A stretch of DNA of 63,816 nucleotides, counting the filler, from Ministeria vibrans ATCC 50519 (Eukaryota > Protista > Filasterea), in assembly GCA_943704425.1 (NCBI GenBank). It is 5 parts of 5 records of this genome, joined end to end, with 100 filler letters (N's around TTAATTAATTAA, not from the genome) between each part and the next. Parts side by side here need not be neighbours in the genome. Positions count along the whole stretch, not along the records: positions 46,605 to 62,670 come from CALSCP010002357.1; positions 62,771 to 63,816 come from CALSCP010001291.1; 3 more parts are not named here. One strand, given 5' to 3'. The notes beneath the pieces were generated by a model. It did no database searches, was not told the origin of the DNA, and worked only from the letters and a program-made list of their open reading frames with translations. The translations under genes were made by a program, and so were the position numbers. This document shows, one piece after another, positions 55,732 to 63,816 of this stretch (position 1 is the first letter of the stretch; every line of letters starts with the position of its first letter).

Positions 55732-56216
55732 CGAGAGAGAGAGACGAGAGAGAGAGAGAAGAGAGAGAACGAAGAAGAAAAACCGACACAGAATGGTGAA
55801 GATTGTGCTGGTTTGGGGGGGGGCGGGGGGGAGGCTTGTCTGTGCAGCGCTGGGTGGCGCATTGCGTGTGGCGTGGCTCATTGTGTCGTTTTGCGGTGTA
55901 GACGGGAAGCAGACCGGACTTACTGGCGACGACGGGCGACTACTTGCGGTTGTGGGAGGTCAGCAAAGAGGGGGAGACAGACAAGTCGGTGGGCCTCAAG
56001 TGCCTCTTAAATAACGTAAGTGCCTTGACTTCTCTCTGGCTCGCAACGGTTGAGCTTTTGCATCTGTAGAACAAGAACAGTGAGTATTGTGCGCCGCTGA
56101 CGTCGTTTGACTGGTGCGAGTCGGATCCGGAGACCATTGGCACATCGTCCATTGACACTACATGCACAATCTGGGATGTGGAGGTAACCGATAGGCAACC
56201 AAGTGAAGAAAAAAAC

Positions 56217-56252
<36 letters not shown>

Positions 56253-57191
56253 TAGAAACAAACGGTCAAGACACAGCTGATTGCACACGACAAAGAAGTG
56301 TACGACATTGCATTCTCACGCAATTCCAATGTGTTTTCATCAGTGGGTGCAGACGGGTCAATGCGTAAGACAGAAAGAAAGTGAGAGTGAGCGACCGTGG
56401 ATGAGTAACTGGTCTTCTATGGTGAATAGGAATGTTTGATCTGCGCACTTTGGAACATTCGACTATCATCTATGAGAGTCCGAATCTTGTGCCTCTTTTG
56501 CGAGTCTGTTGGAACAAACAAGTAAGCATTATGTTGACTCTTTATTAATATAGTTTGGTCTTTTCTTTTAGTAGTTTTGATTCATTCACTCACTTTTTTT
56601 ATCACAGTTTTTTTCGCTCTCGCTAACCCATTCACTCACTTTCCTTATGACTCTCTCTCTGTTTTAATTACCTCTCCTGGTGTTTTTTTTTCGCTTTCTT
56701 CTTTTTCTTCTTGTGATTTATAAATGTTAGTCGCTTGTTTTTTCACTCTTTTTCCTTTTGCAACTCTCACTCTCTCTTTACGACTCTGGTTTTACTATTT
56801 TTCCAGTTGACCCTGTTTGTTTGTTTCGCTCACTTACTCTCCTTCTCAGAATGAAAACTATCTTGCAACGTTTGCCATGGACTCGCATGAGCTGCTGCTG
56901 CTCGTCTTCGACACGCGCAACCCCACAATGCCGGCTGCGGCGCTGGGCAAGCACGAGGCGCCCGTCAACAGCATCTGTTGGGCACCTCACACGGCCGACC
57001 ACCTGTGCTCGGCAGGCGACGACGCTCATGCCTTTATCTGGGACGTCAAACAGCGACTCGACGAAGACCGCAAGTGCCCCATCCTCGCCTACCGCGCTCC
57101 CGCTCAGATCAACCAGCTCAGTTGGTCCCGTCTGCAGCCCGAGTGGATCTCCATTTGCTTTGAGAAGACCCTTCAGGCTCTCAAAGTCTAG
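55286..57191 (+). CDS. DCAF7: DCAF7/WDR68 WD40 scaffold
   Basis: [109 protein letters not shown]. Confidence 0.97.
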
Positions 57192-57438
57192 CTCTTACCA
57201 GTTTTATTTTATTTTCGTTGTTTGTGGTTTGTGTTTTTGTTGTTGTTTGACAATGAAAAAAATTGAATGTCTTTTTCTGTGGACGACTAATTTCACATCG
57301 TGAGTGGAGTTGTTTCGATGGGAAGGATAAAAGGAAAAACAACGGAGCCATCTTTTTTTTTTTATTATTCAAACTTTCAATAGTGAGTGAATAGTGAGTT
57401 TCATTGACACAAGCCAGCATTAATAATTTCTCTCGGAA

Positions 57439-58856
57439 TGTCCGCTTCGGCTCATGTGAGGGTGAAGCAGCCGCTTTGGATGGTTAGATTGATTGTCTTG
57501 TACAATGAAGCTTTTGCCCCAGGACTTCCAAAAACAACTTGTCTTGTTCTATATGAAGCTTTTGCCCTAGGAGTTCCAAAAAAAAACAATGCTATGCAAA
57601 CCACTCCTTATCTCTATCCCACATCGTTTTTTTTTGTCGTCCCAGTGTCTTCCATCTGTCCATTATCTTCTCTCTCGGGTCCGCTACTCATATACTTTGA
57701 GAGCTACCCGCGCTTCGCGTCCACTTCCGTTGAGCACCAACGTTTGACGGTCGACACAGCCTATTGCTCTTGTCTTGGGCCTCAACTTCAAAAATAGGGA
57801 CCGTTGCATCTGTTCACTTGGTATCAAAAACATCTACTGTGTTGTTAGCAGTATACCCTGCTTTGTTCGTCTTCACTTGTAACGCGCTATGAGAAACTTT
57901 ATTAACCAGTGCGAGCGTTCCATATTGTATTATATTTTGTCAAATTAAAACTTTCATGCGCCTTGCATTTATACTAGCCAACACAAGACACTCAGTCCTA
58001 CTATTTATTAAACCCGTCAGAAGAGCCTTTTCTGGCAAGGCTTCCGCCACCCACCAATGGGTTGAAATTAAGCCGGGTGCTTAAATTAAGCTGTATTAAT
58101 AATGCACTCAATTTCGCGTATCATTATACATACGTTTACACTACGCTCATTATATACTTCATACGCCGAATATCAAATACAAATCTATTATCACTATATT
58201 GATTAATACGCGAAATAAGAGCATAAAATGAAAGCTTTATTGCTATTTTTTTTGGAAGTCTTTTAAAAGCTTCATTGTACAAGACAATCTTAACCATCCG
58301 AAGCGGCTGCTCTACTCTCGCTTAAGCCGAAGCGGACAAGTACTTGCATGCAGAGCCGCAAGTGAAACGCTCAGCGGCTAAAGACGTATCCTGATTTTAA
58401 ACTAAATGGGTGCCTTAGGTGGGTCTTCTTGGGCGTGCAGGGTTGCTATTGACACGCAGTTTTGTAATCTGAGAGTCTTGTGTTGGCTTGCATCAACAAA
58501 AGGTTACCTGAAAGTTTAATTAAATATTTTTAAACTAAAATCTCGCACATAAAAAGGGAAGAAGAAAAAGAAAGAAGGAAAATGCAAAAGAGGAAAGGGA
58601 AAGAAAGGAAGGAAAGAAAGGAAAAAGACAAAAAAGGAAAATTATTCACCAGGAGCAGGCAGCAGTCTGATATCAGGCCGCCCTGATGGTGCCGCCGCCA
58701 CTCCCTGTAGTGCTCATACGCCCTCTCAAGGCACTGCTTTTCGATCGCTACAGCATCTTTGCGAGCTTTTTTTTTTTTGGAAGTCCTAGGACAAGGATGG
58801 TTAGATTGTCTTGGTACAATGAAGCTTTTGCCCATAGGACGTCCAAAAAAATGCTT
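57439..58856. repeat. Degenerate non-coding inverted-repeat complex (MITE/foldback-like)
   Basis: Unit A (~95 bp) at 57439-57534 is inverted at 58249-58338 with a partial direct copy at 58796-58856. Unit B (~53 bp) at 57943-57995 is inverted at 58469-58521. Confidence 0.75.
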
Positions 58857-59149
58857 GCCAGTCTCAGGTTGTGTCTCTTGAGGCAGTTGAAGATGGTGTC
58901 GCTGAGCGACGACTGCCCCCCTCGCGTTGCCCCAGAGGTTGCCAAAGTAATCGCCCACCCACTGGGCCACTGGACAAGGTGCTACCGTCGCTGTACCAGG
59001 CGCCCGAAAGCCGCGTGGTCGTTCAGGCGTGCCGTGGCGTGTCTGAGAAATGCTCACGTCAGCGTCTGTGAGGGCTTTTTCAGGCCCAGGCTCGCTCGCC
59101 TCTCGCAGGCTAATGATGACCTGTGTGCACATGTCACGAACGCAGACCT

Positions 59150-59870
59150 GTCGAAGCGAGTCAAATCTGCGCGATGTTTGCCAGAGTGGGCGAAAGTATT
59201 GCCGTGAGTATTCGCCAAGAGGAGAAGATTGTTGTTGAGCCTCATCTGAGCTCTCGCAACAGCGGGTTGTGTGCAAAGAGATCAGCAGGAAACGACGTCG
59301 CTGTGAGATGGTAATGATGAAGACTCAATGACCAGAGATTTGGCATGTTGGCAAATGCGTTCGCTGGGAGCGACGCAAGTGTGGTGTTGGCCAAGCAAGT
59401 CAAGCCACAAGCAAGGGTTTCCCTACAGCGAAATGTTCAGAAGTGCCTCGGGATATAGGAGTCAAGAGGATTGCCGCTCAAATACAGAATAGAGAAGTTT
59501 GGATTGGATGCAAATGCCAAGGGATCAATGGCGGAAGCTGCTAGTTGCGAATTGAGCCCGCATGTCGTAAGTTTGGGTGACGAAGAAAACGCATTCGAGA
59601 ATCCGCAAACCCCAAATTGCGCGTAGTTCGTCCACAAGGGGAAGGGAAAGCAAGAGCCTCGGGAATGCCTACGAGAGAGTTCTGATTGAGCTCAAGCGTG
59701 TTGAGCATGGTGAGTCCATCAAACGCGTCGAGCAATGGCGGCAGTCTGATTTCAGTCTGATTCTGCGACAAGTGCCATGTCGGAGTTGTGCGGAATGCCG
59801 GAGGGTAAGTACCTGTGTCCATCCAAGTTCAACACATATTACAGTGACAGTGTGTTTGCAATGTTGGAGC
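59150..59870 (-). pseudogene. Degenerate leucine-rich-repeat gene fragment
   Basis: AFDGLTMLNTLELNQNSL..IP, AFASNPNFSILYLSGNPL and LASLPANAFANMPNLWSLSL occur in different frames, separated by frameshifts and stops. Confidence 0.65.
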
Positions 59871-60049
59871 TGTCCAGACACCGTGAATAGTGTGGAAGGG
59901 TTAGTGGATTCTGATTTCCGAAATTTCCTCTCTGTCCTTTTTTTTTTTGAATTTTTTGAATTATTTTATTTTATTTTTATTTTAAAATTTAAACACTCTC
60001 TTCCGCTCTCTTCGTCCGTTTCTCGCCGACGGGCAACGGAAGGGCAACA

Positions 60050-62145
60050 ATGGCTGCTTGGTGGCCCGTGGGTCTCTTCTTGCTCGTGCTCCTCCACTCT
60101 GCAAGCGGTCAAACTAAAAATCTCCGGCTCCTTCTTGAGAGACGCCTGCGCGCCCCTGAACCCTACCAGGCCTTGTCACAGACCTTCAGCCACTTTGGCT
60201 TCTTGCAAAACTACATCTCGACTGAGTGCGGCAGCTCTTCACTGTTCAAGTGTATCTGCGTCGCTCTGCACCAAAGACCGAAAATTCCCCTTCGCGGTCA
60301 CTGCTTGTAAGTGAGTTTGCACTACTCCGTATTTGTGTTTGATTGTTTCCAAATCTTTGTTTTGTATATAGTTTTGTTTTTACATCGAGTACAGCTCTCG
60401 ATTCTCCATTTATTTTCTTATGGTTTCCAAAACGTAACCTTTCTTTTCTTGTCCTCATTCAGACCACCATCTCAATCCCGTTTTCTTGAAAATGATATCG
60501 ACGAAACGGAGACAATAGACGTCATCGACAGCCTGATGGAGCTCTACGATCATGTGGGTGACAACGATTGGAACACGTTCATGCAGAAAACACTCTCTGT
60601 CAAGCACCAAACTGAGTTCGCCAACAACCTCTACTGGCTCATGCCGTCCCACCAACTGCTCATGCCCGGCGCAAATCACACCCGTGCAGGAGACAGAATG
60701 GTCCACCCCGCCGACTCAAAGGCCTGGGCCGATCTAGTCAGAGCCATCGACGACGCCACTCACCCGGAAGACCTTCGTGCGGACGCCATGTACACCGACC
60801 CGTGCGCATATGCACGCTGCGAATTGGATGCTGCCGAGGAATTCAGGCGAATCACGGTCATCATCTTCACCTTCCACAACGTCCGCCGCACAAAAGACAC
60901 CGTTGTCGTGCCCCATTCTGTTGGTCAAATGACGCACCTGCGTGTCCTCTACCTTTATCTTGCCCCCTTCTCTTTTGCTCTCCCCCCAAACATCAACCAA
61001 CTGCAACATCTCCACACTCTCTTCATCTCCCTGCAAACACCAACCTCTCTTTCGGCGCTCGCCAAGGCCGTCCACGGTCTCTCTTCCCTTCTCTTTCTGT
61101 GCATGTCGAATACCTACGAGGGGGATGTACCCCTTCAACTTGACGCCACTCCCGCATTCTTCAACAGCATTTGCTCCCTCAAAAACTTGCGTGCTCTTCG
61201 CATGTCCGCCCCCATGTTCCACACCTACCAAGCGCCCCAGTGCATTGGCGAGTCTCTCCATTCCCTCGAGTACCTTCACATGGTCGGAACGCATCTGCCG
61301 GGTTTCCTGCCCGACAACTTTGGCAATCTTCGTCAGCTCAAGGTGAGAAAACGAAACGTAGTTCAATTCGTAAACTATTTTAAAATTAATATAATATCCG
61401 TATTTTTCTCTCTCTCCGTAGGTGTTTGTTGCCTTTGAGAACGGCATGCAATTCACCAAAAAGTACTCGGACTGTGAATTTTCGTACAAGGCCAGAGCTC
61501 GCTGGCGTAAGTGTTTACCATGAATTGGAAATCATTCAGACTCATATCTACAATCTCTGTTTCAGTTACGGAGGACACCTTCCCCTTTGTATGTCCAAGC
61601 TCAGCCATCAGCGGTCACATTCCCAACTCGTTCAAAAAACTCTCCAACATGCAGAAATTCTGGGTTGGTAAGCTCACTTCAACAATCGAATGCCAAGGGG
61701 TTATTTAAATATTTCTACATCATTAATTGTTGCAGACGCAAACGCCTTTAATGGCTCCATTCCCGACTGGATTGGGACCCACTGGCGCAAACTGCGAGCT
61801 TTGGACTTGTACAATAACCGCTTCACCGGCACCATCCCTCGCTCGCTCGCCACCCTTCCACTGCTCGAGACGCTTCAGTTGCAGGACAACAGACTCTCGG
61901 GCCCCCTCGACCCAGCCTTCTTCAAAATGCCCCGACTTCAAACGTTACTGGTTGACTCCAATCCAGGGCTGCACGGCAACATTGTGACGGATGCCCTTCC
62001 GCACGAATTTGCCGCCTGCCACACACGAGTGCGGATATTTGCGGGTAAAGAATTGCGAGCTTTTTGTTCATGGCAATCCATCCTTTTGCGCGTGTGTCTG
62101 GCTAACGAAAGCAAGCGCCCCATTCACCACCGTCATCTCTGTTGA
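60050..62145 (+). CDS. Secreted/cell-surface LRR protein with plant-type LRRs (3' end uncertain)
   Basis: Signal peptide MAAWWPVGLFLLVLLHSASG; LPGFLPDNFGNLRQLK, ISGHIPNSFKKL, NAFNGSIPDWI, LRALDLYNNRFTGTIPRSL, LQLQDNRLSGPL. Confidence 0.8.
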
Positions 62146-62404
62146 GCAGAGTAGCAGATACACACACACACAAAAAAAGAATAAAAAAGCGCATGTACTG
62201 GAGCAAGACTGCTGGTTGGACCATTTATAATTTTTTCTATTCAACCAGAAGTCTCCTTGGTCCCGACCAGGCGCCTTAGTAAAGCCCAGACGGAATGCGC
62301 GACGAACAAAATAACAAAGGCCGAATGTTTCATTCAACTTCTCTCTCCCACACACTCTCTCCGAGCTCTCTACTCTCTCTCAATTCTCCCTCGATTCTCT
62401 GCAC

Positions 62405-62670
62405 CTACACTTGAATCGCCGAAAAATCAACTGTCCCATCGAAACGATCGCCGTCGCCACCCGACTGGTCAACAGACACCTCAATCTCCTCAACCAACTG
62501 CTCCGTCGCACCCACACCCTCAACAACAATGCCTCCACCACTCTCGCTGCTCGCACCTTCCTCACCCTCATCAATGTTGTCCTCGGCGCGATGCATTCCC
62601 ACATTGCCATACATGGGATTCTCCTCCATGTCGCTGGGCACCACCGAGTCAAACTCGGACGCCACCGCGC
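62405..62670 (-). CDS. Acidic C-terminal fragment of an unknown gene, with NPxY motif
   Basis: Frame open from the contig edge: ...EENPMYGNV...acidic...SAIQV*; coding-like composition. Confidence 0.45.
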
Positions 62671-62770
62671 NNNNNNNNNNNNNNNNNNNNNNNNNNNNNN
62701 NNNNNNNNNNNNNNTTAATTAATTAANNNNNNNNNNNNNNNNNNNNNNNNNNNNNNNNNNNNNNNNNNNN

Positions 62771-63207
62771 TGTGGTGGCGCGGGTGCAACGTGCTCGTCA
62801 TCTGCGACTTCTGCAACTCTGGCGCGCTTGTCAAGAACGACATTGGCGCAGATCTGGCCGCACCTAGGCCAGGCTATGCACGTCAGATTCTGACCAGTTC
62901 GCTCGACGACGCGAACGGCTACCTCACGATGGACCGCTCACAGACGCAGTTGACGGAGCTTCTGGTGCGCGCACTGGGACCGACACACGAAGGGTTTGCG
63001 CCCGGCGAGACTGTCATCTCTGTGCGCGACCTGCGACGACGACTGCAGGCGATGGCTCCCGCCGACATGGAGCAGGCACTCCTAGCAGGTCGCATCTGGA
63101 GTGATTGGGACGACCCGCCCAACGAAGGTGACATTCTTCTGTACCGCGAGGGCAATGGCGTCGTCGGCGCTTCAACATCGGCTCCTACGCACACACCAAC
63201 ACCGTAG
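62771..63207 (+). CDS. Caspase/metacaspase-fold (peptidase C14-like) domain, C-terminal fragment
   Basis: VLVICDFCNSG (DxCxSG catalytic Cys motif), RQILTSS, LTELLVRAL, ISVRDL, EGDILL follow the order seen in bacterial-type caspase domains. Confidence 0.6.
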
Positions 63208-63297
63208 TTCTCACAATGTGAACTTTTTATATGTTATTCCTAATCAAAATAAATATTCATTTTTATTTTTGTCACCATTCTATCCCGTCACGTTACA

Positions 63298-63767
63298 ATG
63301 GCTACCCGGCGCGTCTTTGTTGCTGGTGTAGGCATGACCAAGGTGAGAAGGTGCTGCTGATGGCGCTCACACTCATACACACACACCCACACACTCAGTT
63401 TGAGAAGCCAGGTCGTCGCGAAGACTTTGACTATCCGCAAATGGCCAAGGAGGCGGGCACGCATGCTTTGAACGACGCCGGGATCTCGTTTGACCAGATC
63501 CAGCAGGCGTGCGTCGGCTATGTTTACGGTGGGATGCGCTTCCGCTCAATTCCCTTCGAGTCGCTTCTCACCCCTCTCCCTCCCTCCGCACCGCACGCAG
63601 GCGACTCCACATGCGGCCAACGCGCCGTCTACGAGCTGGGGCGCACGGGCATCCCCGTGTACAACGTCAACAACAACTGCAGCACAGGCAGCACGGCGCT
63701 TTTCATGGCGGCCCAGCTGGTGCGCGGCGGACTCGCCGAATGTGTCCTTGCCCTTGGCTTTGAGAAG
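63298..63767 (+). CDS. SCP2: SCP-x type peroxisomal thiolase, 5' part
   Basis: [12 protein letters not shown]|[27 protein letters not shown]|[37 protein letters not shown]. Confidence 0.95.
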
Positions 63768-63816
63768 GCACTGCTGCCCCTCCCTTGCCGTTCACTCGTC
63801 GCTAACCCCCCCCCCC

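Overview
Eukaryotic, gene-dense, intron-rich genomic DNA with GC-rich exons and short AT- or microsatellite-rich GT-AG introns. Gene content suggests a flagellated unicellular holozoan or a close relative (inference). The window joins five contigs with artificial N+TTAATTAATTAA+N linkers (~12905-13004, 35778-35877, 46505-46604, 62671-62770), so adjacency across linkers is not biological. Recognisable genes: SRRT/Ars2, an ERK-type MAPK, a MAGUK GUK domain, class II CPD photolyase, RALGAPB, an ankyrin/SOCS-box protein, PRDX4, a DPF/Requiem double-PHD protein, SPAG1, EXOSC4, CCSAP-like, DUF4807-like, NRBP, SYF2, DCAF7, LRR genes, a caspase-fold fragment and SCPx thiolase. Four items stand out. 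(1) A ~3,800-aa myosin-VI-like motor retains the insert-2 reverse gear, but its tail is SAH/coiled coil + 21 ankyrin repeats + a pseudokinase on one 9-kb exon. (2) A tandem cluster of three non-canonical tRNA genes includes two tRNA-Pro with A37 and compensatory stem changes. (3) A secreted EGF protein carries about 40 PVARRRA repeats. (4) A 5.8-kb P-element-like transposon has 19-bp inverted repeats and a very large spliced transposase. All family calls come from recalled motifs, not database searches; exon coordinates were read by eye.
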